Source of the DNA: Prevotella sp. UBA4339
GTDB taxonomy: Bacteria > Bacteroidota > Bacteroidia > Bacteroidales > Bacteroidaceae
Length of the DNA: 64,000 bases
Direction of reading: 5' to 3'
NCBI GenBank assembly: GCA_002393725.1
Contig: DGTJ01000096.1
Location: forward strand, 952-64,951
Made by a program: the position numbers and the translations under genes. How positions within the stretch are numbered: position 1 is the stretch's first letter; every line of letters starts with the position of its first letter. The notes under the pieces were generated by a model. It was not told the DNA's origin. It saw only the letters and a program-made list of their open reading frames with translations, and made no database searches. Shown one piece after another: positions 28,592 through 37,199 of the stretch.

Positions 28592-31500
28592 TCACTTAAT
28601 CGCGACCTTCTTGCCTCCGTGGATGTAGAGGCCCTTAGCCGTCGGCTGCCCGTCGAGGCGGCGACCGTCGAGGGTGTACCACGCATCGGAACCATTAACC
28701 GTGAACCCTGAATCGTGAACCGAAATAATACCCGTTGCCTCGTCGTCCCCGAAGTTGAGGTTGAAGGCGCGGACGTGGGACGACTGCGGCGAAGTGGGCT
28801 CGCCGGCGGTGAGGTCGCCGAGCAGCTGGAAGTAGGCGCGGTGGGTGCCGATGGTTATGGTCTTCGTGGGATAGAAGAGCTTGTTGGTGGCGCCGAGGTA
28901 GAGCTTGGTGTTGTCGCCGTCGGCGGGGGTGGTGACGGGGGCGTAGGTGCCGGTGAAGGTGAGCACGCCCGTGACGGTGGCGTCATGCTTTTCGGCGTCG
29001 ATGGTCACTCCATTGAAGACGGGGCTGACGAGGTCGCTGCAGGTGGCGGCGTTCTGGCCGTCGTAGGCCACGTAGCCGGCGGGCTTGTCCCACTTGATGA
29101 TGAAGGGCGTGCCGGCGGGGATGGTCGTGGCGGCGGTGAAGTTGAGGGTCAGCGTGCCGTCGGCGAAGGTGCTCGACGTGGTGTTGAGCGTCATGGCCTG
29201 CACGTTGTCGCCGCTGAGGGTGCCGCTGGCGGTCAGGTCAACGGCGAAGGGCAGGCAGAGGGTGTTCCAGGAGCCGTCCTTGTAGAGGGTGCGGCCGCTG
29301 AGGGCTACGGCGAGGGTCTGGCCTGCGTGGTCGGTGATGGCGGCGGTGTTGTCGGCGGCGTCGGCCAGGGCGAGGCAGGGCTGGAGGGTGGTCTCAGCGG
29401 CAAAACCGCTGAGCACACTGGCGGTGAGGGTGCCGGTGTAGATGTTGCCGCTGCCGTCGGTGAGGGCCTGGCCGTCCTTGACTGCTACGGTGCCGCCTTC
29501 GGTGCTGATGCTGCTGGCGGTGATGCGGTCGGCGGGGCGGGTCCAGCCGAGGGTGATGGCGGTGCCGTCGTCGGCGAAGGCGTAGATGCCGGTGGCGTTG
29601 GTGCCGGTGGCGTTGGCGGTGAGGTGTCCGCCGAGGATGCTGTGCGTGTTGCCGTAGATGGCGTAGGCGTTATTGCCGTCGGCGGAGATGGTGAGGGTGC
29701 CGCCCCGGAGGGTGACGTGGGCGTAGATGCCACTCACCGTGGAGCCGGTGGTGGTGATGCTGACGTTGCCGCTGTGCTGCTCGTAGTTGGACACATAGAT
29801 GCCAAGCGATTTGCCGTCGTAGCGGAGGGTGCCGGCGGTGGCGTCGTCGAGGCTTTGGCCGTAGATGGTGAGGTTGTATCCATCGATGCCCGTCGTGTTG
29901 CCGTAGAGGGTCATGGTCTTGCCGTCGGCGAGGATGAGGGTGATGTTGCCGGCGGGCAAGATTTGGGTGGCGTAGGCGATGTCGGTGCCGACGTAGTAGG
30001 TGCCGGCGGCGAGGCTTACGCGGCCATCCTCACCCAAGGTCTCATGTCCGTCGAGGGCGATGGCGCTGGCCTCGCCAGGGGTGCCGTCGGCTTTGATGTA
30101 GGCTACGGTGACGGGCTTGCCGGTGCTGTAGATGGCTTCGGTGGAAGCGAGGGTCTTGCCGTCGCAGTCGGCGGTGATGGTGAGGCGGGCTATGGCTTTG
30201 CCGGCGAGGAGGTCGTTGTCACCCGTGGGGGTGTAGAGGTCCAACAGCTGGCCGCCGAGGGTTGCACGGGGGGTGTATCCCTGCGCCGCGCCGCTGGCAA
30301 GGGTTGAGCCGGGGGTGAATACGTAGCCGGAGGCGAAATAGTGGTTGCCTGCCAGGGTGAATCCGTTCTCGGCCTTCAGTCGGGCGCCAACAGGGGGGGT
30401 GGCGAGCCATCCGGTCTGGTTGACGAAGGTTCCCGGGGGGGTGGTGATGTTCGCGCCGAGGTCGAGGCGGTAGGCAGGGAGGGCGCCGTGGTTGTCGGCG
30501 ATGTCGGCTCCCTGGCAGCCCACGCCGGAGGTGGCGGCGGTGCCGTTCACGGTGCAGCCGTGGTAGTAGTTGTTGCGGAGGGTGTTGCTGATGCTGCCGC
30601 AGATGGTGCCGTAGTTCCTGTTGTTGGTAGCGGTGATATAGGAATCGGTGACGGTGCAGCCGCTGACAGAGCCAGTGCCAGTGTTGTAGCCTATGATGCC
30701 GCCGACGTAATAGCAGCCTGTGATGCGGGCGTCGGTGAGGTGGACGTCGAGGATGACGGCACCACTGCTTATACGGCCGAAGAGGCCTTGGTAGCAGTCG
30801 GCATTGTCGCTGCCGTCCTTGCGGATGCGGATGCCGCTGACGGTGTGGCTGTCGCCGATGAAGGTGCCGCGGAAGTAGCGGTAGGTGCCGCCGATGTAGG
30901 TGCCTATGGACTCATAGTTCTCGGCGTAGTCGTCGGGCTCGGCAACGTCGTGGTCGAACGTGATGTCGGCTCCGAGCTTGAAGTACTTGCCGCTGTAGTC
31001 GTTGGCGGTCTCGCCGTTAGTGCCGTTCACGCGGTGGGCGAGCAGCAGGAGCTGGTCCTTGTTGTATATCATGTAGGGGTCTTTCGGGCTGCCCTGGTTC
31101 ACGGTTGCCCAGTCGATGGGGGCGAGGGCGACGCTGATGGTCACGTCCTCGTCGGGCATGGTGAGGGTGGTGCCGCTGAGGGTGCCTGCGCTGGCGGTGT
31201 AGGCGTACTGGTAGCCGGGCTGTTGGCATACGGCGCTGGTCGTGAGGGTGAGGCTGAGCTGGTCGTCGCTGCCGTAGTAGAGGGTCTGGCCGCGCTGCAG
31301 TCCTCCGCCGCTGTAGGCGGTGATGCCGCTGACGGTGTACTGGGTCGCTGTGCCGGTGAGGGCGATGGCGCCGATGGTTACGTCGGCGTCAGCGGCGACG
31401 GTGCGGGTGGCCTTGCCCTGGGCGATTTCGAAGGCGGCGGTGTAGTAGCTGTTGGTGGCTGTGGTGGTGGCGTTCCATCCACGGGCGAAGGTGGCGCTGC

Positions 31501-33022
31501 CGCTGCTGGCCATCGTCTCGCCGGTGGCGAGAGGTGCGGGAGCGCAGAGGCTGTTGGTGATGGTGACGGTCTTGGTCGCGCCTGTCCACCCGATGAAGCC
31601 GCCGTTGTAGGCTCCGCTGCCGTTCTGCTGGAGCAACTTGCCGTCGAAGAGGCATCCGGTGAAGGCGATGGTATATTCTGACGCACGGCTCCAGGCTACG
31701 AATCCGCTGTTGCTGCCGTCCGCGCTGCGGATGACGGCCGAACTAAGGCAGTCGGTGAACGATACGTTGTGCTCGCAGAGGCCGACGAAACCGCCCGCGC
31801 CGACTTTGGCGTGGATTTCGACGAGGCTGGTGCAGTGCTCGATGGTGACGGTGCCGAAGAGGTGGCCGATGAGTCCGCCGAGGTTATGGTCCCCGGAGCC
31901 TGTGTAGCCATCGTAGATGCTGCCCGCGATGGTGAGGTTGCGGAACGTGGGCTGGTGTTCGCCGTCATTCGCGGTCTCGACGAAGGGAGCCACGAACTGC
32001 GCGTCAATGGGCGCGTCGGCGGTGCCGTAGTCGAGGGTGAGCGTGTGGTTCTGTCCGTCGAAGGTGCCGGTGAAGGGCTGTCCGCCCGCCATGCGCGTGA
32101 CGGTGATGTTGTCGCCGAGCTTGACGGTCTTGCCGCTGAAGTAGCCCATGGTGTTGTCGGCCAGCAGGTCGCAGAAGACGTTCCAGCCCCCGGCGGTGAG
32201 GATGGTGTACTCCGTGCCCGCGTCGTTGACGGAGAAGTCATCGCTGCTGTATGGGCGAAGGGTGACGGTGCCGGTGGGCACGTCGACGTCGTCGCCGCTG
32301 TAGGCGGTGGCGCCAGCGTAGAGCGTCTGACCGCTCTTGATGTTCACGGTGCCTGTGCCGCCGCGGCTGCTGTAAGATACGAAGTCAGAGGCCTTGCGAC
32401 AGCCGATGGTGAGGGCGGTGGCGGCACCGTAAACGTAGATGCCCTTGCCGCTGCCGGCAGTGGTGGCAGTCACCTGCCCGCCGTTGATGGTGATGCCATT
32501 CATGACATAGATGGCATCAGAACTAGAACCAGTGCCTGTGTCGGTGACGTTGACGATGCCGCCGTTGATGGTCATGCCTCCTAGGGCATAGATGGCTCTT
32601 GATTCGCCGGTGACGGTGAGCCGCCCCGTGCCGCCGCTCTGGCCGTAGATGGCCAGCGGGTAGCCGTGGTCGAGGTAGATGGCATGAGATGTGCTCTTGC
32701 TGACGGTCATTTCCGCGCCGTCGGCCAGGATGAGGTGGATGGTACCGTTATCGCCAGTGTAATAAAGTTGTTCCGTGTAGCTGGCGTCCACGCCGTCCTT
32801 GCTGTTCTTCACGACGTACCAGCCCGCGGGAATCAGGATGTTGCCCCAGGCGTTGGTCGATAAGCCGTCGGCTGTGACGTCGCCCGTCAGCACGGTGGCG
32901 GTGGCGGTCTGCTCGTTGCCGTCGGCGTCGATGTAGCTGACGGTCTCGGTGTCTGCCCACGCCCCCTGCGCGGTGGCGAGGAGTGCGAGGGCAGCGATGA
33001 ATCTGCTGATGTTGTGTATCAC
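28592..33022 (-). CDS. Large T9SS-secreted surface protein/adhesin (beta-helix/GLUG-like repeats)
   Basis: Signal peptide (AQGAWA); duplicated modules (VSYIDADG/VAYIKADG; LILADG..IYGQS); WNTLCLPF; C-terminal ATGI..WYTLDGRRL..GLYIHGGKKVAIK. Confidence 0.85.
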   Translation of the reverse strand: MIHNISRFIAALALLATAQGAWADTETVSYIDADGNEQTATATVLTGDVTADGLSTNAWGNILIPAGWYVVKNSKDGVDASYTEQLYYTGDNGTIHLILADGAEMTVSKSTSHAIYLDHGYPLAIYGQSGGTGRLTVTGESRAIYALGGMTINGGIVNVTDTGTGSSSDAIYVMNGITINGGQVTATTAGSGKGIYVYGAATALTIGCRKASDFVSYSSRGGTGTVNIKSGQTLYAGATAYSGDDVDVPTGTVTLRPYSSDDFSVNDAGTEYTILTAGGWNVFCDLLADNTMGYFSGKTVKLGDNITVTRMAGGQPFTGTFDGQNHTLTLDYGTADAPIDAQFVAPFVETANDGEHQPTFRNLTIAGSIYDGYTGSGDHNLGGLIGHLFGTVTIEHCTSLVEIHAKVGAGGFVGLCEHNVSFTDCLSSAVIRSADGSNSGFVAWSRASEYTIAFTGCLFDGKLLQQNGSGAYNGGFIGWTGATKTVTITNSLCAPAPLATGETMASSGSATFARGWNATTTATNSYYTAAFEIAQGKATRTVAADADVTIGAIALTGTATQYTVSGITAYSGGGLQRGQTLYYGSDDQLSLTLTTSAVCQQPGYQYAYTASAGTLSGTTLTMPDEDVTISVALAPIDWATVNQGSPKDPYMIYNKDQLLLLAHRVNGTNGETANDYSGKYFKLGADITFDHDVAEPDDYAENYESIGTYIGGTYRYFRGTFIGDSHTVSGIRIRKDGSDNADCYQGLFGRISSGAVILDVHLTDARITGCYYVGGIIGYNTGTGSVSGCTVTDSYITATNNRNYGTICGSISNTLRNNYYHGCTVNGTAATSGVGCQGADIADNHGALPAYRLDLGANITTPPGTFVNQTGWLATPPVGARLKAENGFTLAGNHYFASGYVFTPGSTLASGAAQGYTPRATLGGQLLDLYTPTGDNDLLAGKAIARLTITADCDGKTLASTEAIYSTGKPVTVAYIKADGTPGEASAIALDGHETLGEDGRVSLAAGTYYVGTDIAYATQILPAGNITLILADGKTMTLYGNTTGIDGYNLTIYGQSLDDATAGTLRYDGKSLGIYVSNYEQHSGNVSITTTGSTVSGIYAHVTLRGGTLTISADGNNAYAIYGNTHSILGGHLTANATGTNATGIYAFADDGTAITLGWTRPADRITASSISTEGGTVAVKDGQALTDGSGNIYTGTLTASVLSGFAAETTLQPCLALADAADNTAAITDHAGQTLAVALSGRTLYKDGSWNTLCLPFAVDLTASGTLSGDNVQAMTLNTTSSTFADGTLTLNFTAATTIPAGTPFIIKWDKPAGYVAYDGQNAATCSDLVSPVFNGVTIDAEKHDATVTGVLTFTGTYAPVTTPADGDNTKLYLGATNKLFYPTKTITIGTHRAYFQLLGDLTAGEPTSPQSSHVRAFNLNFGDDEATGIISVHDSGFTVNGSDAWYTLDGRRLDGQPTAKGLYIHGGKKVAIK

Positions 33023-33044
33023 AATAATATAATGTATAATGTTT

Positions 33045-33132
33045 ATTTGTTGTTGTTTTTGTCTACGGACTTTTAGGACTTTTTGGACTTATTAGAGGCA
33101 CCGCAGTCCTTTGAGTCCTTATAGTCCGTAGA
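33045..33132. repeat. 45-bp direct repeat, copy 2, extended into a hairpin of 9-bp units
   Basis: TCTACGGACT(33062)...AGTCCGTAGA(33132), with GGACTTTTN x3 facing AGTCCNTNN x3. Confidence 0.85.
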
Positions 33133-33185
33133 ATTATATTTTTCCTTAGAACGTGTAGCCATTCACGGCATCCCAGTCGGGGCGG

Positions 33186-35015
33186 TTACGGCTTCGTGAT
33201 GGTGCGCGTGTTGCCATCGGTTGCGTCGGTCAGGCCGGGGGCGATGCTCACCGTGCCGCACGTGCTGCTGTAGCCCACGCCGATGATGCCGGTGGCTTCG
33301 GTGCCCACCTTCGTGGCGGTGACGCTGGTGATGCCTTCGGTGATGGTGATGGTGCCGCACTGGCTGTACCAACTGCTGCCGATGGCCGCTGCGCCCATTC
33401 CGCCGGTGGCTGTGACGGTGCCGCCCTCGATGCGGATGTCGCCGCACTTGGTCTTATTGCTGCTGTTCCAGCCCTTGCCGGTGCCGATGCCTGCGGCCTG
33501 CTGTCCGCCGGTAGCGGTGACGTTGGCCGAGCCGCCGATGGTGATGTCGCCGCAGACGGAGGCGGAATAACCACTACCGTATAATACTGTTGCGGCGCTG
33601 CCGATGCCCGCCGCGTTGCTGCCGCCCTTGGCCGTGACGGTGGCGCTGCCCTGAATCACGATGTTGCCGCACGTGCCGCCAGCATCGGGGCCGATGCCGG
33701 GGGCACCGCCGTTGCTGCTGGCTGCGAGCGAGCCGCTGCCCTGGATGGTGAACGTCGTGCCGGCGGGGCCGGGCTGGATGCCGGGATAGCTTCTGTAGAA
33801 TCCCTTGACGGTGTTCGTGCCGCTGAGGGTGATGGTGGCGTCGCCCTCGCAGGTCAGACCAGCCCAGGCGTAGCTGGTGCCATCGTACACGCCGTTGATG
33901 GTCACGCCGTCGAGCGTCACCGCGGCATCGTCGGCAATGGTAATCTTCACGTTGCTGGAGAGCGTGCCGGTGAGGGTAGCGCCGTCGCCTATCGTGGCGT
34001 CACGGGTGATGGAGGCGAGATTGACGGTGCCGGTCAGCACAGTGGGGGCGGGCGCGAGGGCGATGCTCGACTTGTAGTATTTGCCGTTGGCGAAGCCGCC
34101 CGAGGGCGAGGTCTTCGTGGCAGTGTAGAGCACGTCGTCGGTGCCGGTCACGTCGAAGGTCACATCGTCGGTCTCGCCCGAGCCGAGGGCGTCGAAGCGC
34201 AGGGCGGCATATACCACGCCCTCGCCGTTGGCCGTGCGGGCTGCGTCGTCGAGCGTGACACTCACGTCGCCGGTTGTCACATTCCCGGTGTACAGCTTTC
34301 CGCCCGCCGAACTGACGGTGACGCTCTTCACGCCGACACCCGTGGGCAGGCCCGAGAAGTTGAGGCGGAACATCGACTGCACGTTCTTGAACTGGGCCTT
34401 CGTCGTCGTCGCCGTGTAGCCGTCGGTCGGTGTGCCCGTGGCGCTCTCCACCGTCACCTTGGCCTCGGCGAAGTCATAGCCGCTCAGCCCGGCCAGCGTG
34501 CCCGTCTGGCCGCTGTAGTCGAAGACGCCGTTGGCGGTGTTGTAGTAGAGTGTCAGCTGGTCGTTCACTTCGAGCGTGGCCCACGCCGACGGCTCGCTGG
34601 TGTCCAATTCGTAGTTTTTGACGAACTTCATCGTGCCCGTGAGGTTGGCGCTCTTTCCGGCCTGGTCGGGGTGCAGTTTGGAAAATACATCTTTGCTCTC
34701 GGTCGAGTAGCACGACTTTGCGCCCTTGTTGAGATACACCACAATGTTGTCGGCGGTGGTGAAGGTGGCGTCGAGCCCGCCCGTCTCGCTGTTGTAGTCC
34801 ACGGCGCGGGTCGTGCCGTCGCCCCCGAAGCTGGCGGGGATGCTCACTTGGTAGGTCGTCACGGCGGCGGGCTGCCCGGTGGCGGGCTCGTCGGCGATGA
34901 TGTTGTCGTCGTTGGTGCAGGCCGTCATGCCGCAGAGGGCGACGGCGGCGGCGGCGAGGCTCAGCCCGGCCGTCCGCAGGAAGTTGGTCGTTATCTTCTT
35001 CATTGTCGTTGTCAT
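33186..35015 (-). CDS. Surface lipoprotein, fimbrillin-like N-terminal region plus C-terminal beta-helix (AAGIG repeats)
   Basis: Lipobox MTAC; TTRA propeptide-like site; CGNIVIQG/AAGIG repeats; start could be 35030, 35015 or 35003. Confidence 0.75.
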   Translation of the reverse strand: MTTTMKKITTNFLRTAGLSLAAAAVALCGMTACTNDDNIIADEPATGQPAAVTTYQVSIPASFGGDGTTRAVDYNSETGGLDATFTTADNIVVYLNKGAKSCYSTESKDVFSKLHPDQAGKSANLTGTMKFVKNYELDTSEPSAWATLEVNDQLTLYYNTANGVFDYSGQTGTLAGLSGYDFAEAKVTVESATGTPTDGYTATTTKAQFKNVQSMFRLNFSGLPTGVGVKSVTVSSAGGKLYTGNVTTGDVSVTLDDAARTANGEGVVYAALRFDALGSGETDDVTFDVTGTDDVLYTATKTSPSGGFANGKYYKSSIALAPAPTVLTGTVNLASITRDATIGDGATLTGTLSSNVKITIADDAAVTLDGVTINGVYDGTSYAWAGLTCEGDATITLSGTNTVKGFYRSYPGIQPGPAGTTFTIQGSGSLAASSNGGAPGIGPDAGGTCGNIVIQGSATVTAKGGSNAAGIGSAATVLYGSGYSASVCGDITIGGSANVTATGGQQAAGIGTGKGWNSSNKTKCGDIRIEGGTVTATGGMGAAAIGSSWYSQCGTITITEGITSVTATKVGTEATGIIGVGYSSTCGTVSIAPGLTDATDGNTRTITKP

Positions 35016-35042
35016 ACTTAAAGGGTTCATTACTCTGTTCGT

Positions 35043-35189
35043 TTACCACTCGTAGGACTCGTAGTCCTCCCTGTCCGCGCCGCGCTGCTGTTCGCCGGGG
35101 CTCCCTGTCAGGATGCAGCACTGATGTCTCAACTCCACGACCGTCATCTGTGGCCGTGCGTACTGTTTTCTCTGTGTCATTGTTTTCAT
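35043..35189 (-). CDS. Putative RiPP precursor peptide 2 (48 aa)
   Basis: Translated by hand: MKTMTQRKQYARPQMTVVELRHQCCILTGSPGEQQRGADREDYESYEW; same leader pattern as 28370..28528. Confidence 0.72.
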   Translation of the reverse strand: MKTMTQRKQYARPQMTVVELRHQCCILTGSPGEQQRGADREDYESYEW

Positions 35190-35377
35190 TCTTTTCTTTG
35201 TTTTTATTGATGTTTGGAAATTATTTGCTCTGAATCCCGTCGGCTGCCGTCAACTCGTACTCGCGGCTGTCGTCCACGTCGTCGTCGGGGCGGTCGGCGG
35301 TGATTTCTGGTTTTATTATTTTGTTGTTTCGGATATTTTGTTTATCTTTGCCGCCGATAAGAAAATATGTTAGGATT

Positions 35378-35674
35378 ATGAAAGGAACTGTATTGAGGAA
35401 ACCGTCCGCGAAAGCAGCCCCGTACTGGGGGATGCTACAGGGGTTGAGCAAGCCGCTGAAGCTGGAACTGGTGGTGCTGCTGAGCGAGTCGATGGAAGAG
35501 AGAGAGGTAGCACCGACCCCTCCGCCCCCGCCATTGAGCGAGGAAGAGCGGAAAGCCGGTCTGATGCGCCTGGCCGGCTGTTGGGCCGACGACCCTGAGG
35601 ACGCCGCCCGCATGGAGGCCGCCATCAAGGAGTGCCGCGAGAACGACGTGCTTCGTGAAGTAAACATGGACTGA
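35378..35674 (+). CDS. Putative antitoxin (TA2)
   Basis: 98 aa, directly upstream of a PIN toxin; YWGMLQGLS..KLELV and LAGCW motifs; preceded by a TATCTTTG box and ATGTTAGGATT. Confidence 0.75.
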   Translation: MKGTVLRKPSAKAAPYWGMLQGLSKPLKLELVVLLSESMEEREVAPTPPPPPLSEEERKAGLMRLAGCWADDPEDAARMEAAIKECRENDVLREVNMD

Positions 35675-35679
35675 CAGCT

Positions 35680-36096
35680 ATGGAGAAGTACATTCTTGAC
35701 ACAAACACGTGGATTGAGCATTTCCACCAACGCAGTGGCGTGACACAGCATATCATGGAGCTGTCCACTACGCAGATTTTCGTCTCGGAGGTGACGCTGG
35801 CCGAACTGACTTTCGGTGCTTACTATAGCGATGACTTCGAGCGGCATATCAAGGAGCCGGAGTGGTTGCAACGCTACATCACCGTGCTCGACATCAGCGA
35901 GGTGTTCGACGAGTATGCACAGATTCGCTGCGCCCTGAAGCGACAGAAGAAGACGCTGGACAAGGAGATTGGCAACTTCGACATTCTGATAGGTGCCACC
36001 GCCCTGCACTACGGCCTGACCGTGGTGACCGACAACGTGAAGCACTTCGAGCCGATGCCCGGCGTGAAGGTCGTGAACTGGGTGGAGCGCGAGTAG
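35680..36096 (+). CDS. vapC: PIN-domain (VapC) toxin (TA2)
   Basis: YILDTN, SEVTLAEL, FDILIGATA, VTDNVKHF. Confidence 0.93.
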   Translation: MEKYILDTNTWIEHFHQRSGVTQHIMELSTTQIFVSEVTLAELTFGAYYSDDFERHIKEPEWLQRYITVLDISEVFDEYAQIRCALKRQKKTLDKEIGNFDILIGATALHYGLTVVTDNVKHFEPMPGVKVVNWVERE

Positions 36097-36209
36097 CCCT
36101 CCGTTCCTCCTATTCTCCTTAGACATAGGACACGACAGCATCCCTCGCATGGCTCCGCGCCCTGCGGGGGATGTTTGCGTCTTGTATGTCGTTGTTCGTG
36201 TCATCCGTT

Positions 36210-36416
36210 TTATTCCTTATTAATCGTCACCGTCACCACGGGCCTAACTCTCGCGGTGGCCCCGAAGTCGGCTGCTCCCTCGCCAATGGTGTCCGACAGC
36301 AAACGGTACTTCACCGTGCCGCCATCATCGCAGCCGTTGGGCGTGATGGGCTGGGTGAGGAGCAGCACGGTGGCTGCCCTCGCGGAGTGTCGGATGATGT
36401 GAATGGTTTTGTTCAT
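36210..36416 (-). pseudogene. Short ORF, possible internally deleted remnant of a secreted-protein gene
   Basis: Signal-peptide-like start (MNKTIHIIRHSARAATVLLL) with an AT-rich leader, then only about 48 residues. Confidence 0.35.
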
Positions 36417-36545
36417 TGTTGTTTGATGTTTTATTGTTATACCTTATTCAATATATTGGGCTGACACACCATAAACGGAGGCCGCCGAGCGCATCTTTCG
36501 GATGTCTCGGCGGATATTATCTTGGGGGAGGGAAGTCGGGAGGAG

Positions 36546-36725
36546 GGGCTAAGGCACGGCTGAACTCATCGGAGAAGCGAATTTCCTTTATCATAACTTG
36601 TCGATAAAGTCCATAGCTTCGTTCACAGTCATGGCAGGTGCTGTCTCAGCCTGCTTCATGCCACGCTTGATGGTCTGTGCCAGTTTGTATGCCTGTTCCA
36701 TCTGCTGAAGCTCTCGGATAAATAT
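36546..36725 (-). pseudogene. Truncated TA pair: antitoxin 3' part plus first 14 codons of a RelE-like toxin
   Basis: ..MEQAYKLAQTIKRGMKQAETAPAMTVNEAMDFIDKL* (stop 36591-36593) overlaps MIKEIRFSDEFSRA (start 36594), which resembles the TA3 toxin N-terminus. Confidence 0.6.
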
Positions 36726-36767
36726 CCGTTGTGGTGTGTCAGTAAGTCAAAGAACGGTCGCCGTGAG

Positions 36768-36896
36768 CTAATTGCGTTTGGGTTGGAACAAACGGACGAG
36801 GAGCCAGATGGTGCCTCCCAGGATGAGGGCATAACTGGCGCCGAAGATGAGGAGAAGCCACAAGGGCGTCTCGTGTAGGAATGCGTTGAAATCCAT
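36768..36896 (-). CDS. Small single-TM membrane protein (42 aa)
   Basis: MDFNAFLHETPLWLLLIFGASYALILGGTIWLLVRLFQPKRN; TACCTTTG box at 36924-36931 (minus strand). Confidence 0.55.
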   Translation of the reverse strand: MDFNAFLHETPLWLLLIFGASYALILGGTIWLLVRLFQPKRN

Positions 36897-36951
36897 CTTG
36901 CTGTTCAGTTTATGATTCTGCTGCAAAGGTACGGATTTCTGCCGAATCAAG

Positions 36952-37071
36952 TTGTTGCAAAATTGTAATAGGTGTTGCAAAACTGCCCAACAGGTGTTGC
37001 AAAACTGCCCAACAGGTGTTGCAAAACTGCCCAATAGGTGTTGCAAAACTGAAAATGAGGTGTTGCAGAAC
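36952..37071. repeat. 22-bp tandem repeat (GTGTTGCAAAACTGCCCAACAG), about 6 copies, degenerate at the ends
   Basis: Read directly from the sequence; no spacers. Confidence 0.9.
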
Positions 37072-37082
37072 AGGATTTTCTT

Positions 37083-37191
37083 AAAATAGGCGGATACCTC
37101 CCTAAATCTCTCGAAACGCCTTTGTACAGAGGCCTTTCGCAAAGGGAGGTATGAGCGAGATACCTCCCTTATACCTCCCTCATACCTCCCT
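37083..37191. repeat. Left arm of a long inverted repeat around the VirE gene
   Basis: Reverse complement of 38584-38703; first 50 nt identical; contains ATACCTCCCT iterons. Confidence 0.95.
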
Positions 37192-37199
37192 GAGGCAGC

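Noticed and set aside
28715..32584. Long + strand ORFs (530, 446 and 271 aa)
   Set aside because: Antisense shadows of the GC-rich adhesin gene; low-complexity Gly/Val/Ala-rich translation with no motifs.
35221..36204. 327-aa minus-strand ORF
   Set aside because: Mostly antisense to the clear VapC TA pair. Its ends could be pieces of a small gene split by TA2, but I cannot support that.
36952..37071. 22-bp repeats as a CRISPR array
   Set aside because: The units are head-to-tail with no unique spacers, and no cas genes are in the window.
36897..37142. N-terminal extension of ORF 36768..37142, and similarly the ORFs at 38436..38796
   Set aside because: These are translations of the tandem and inverted repeats; a promoter box at 36924-36931 favours the 42-aa ORF.
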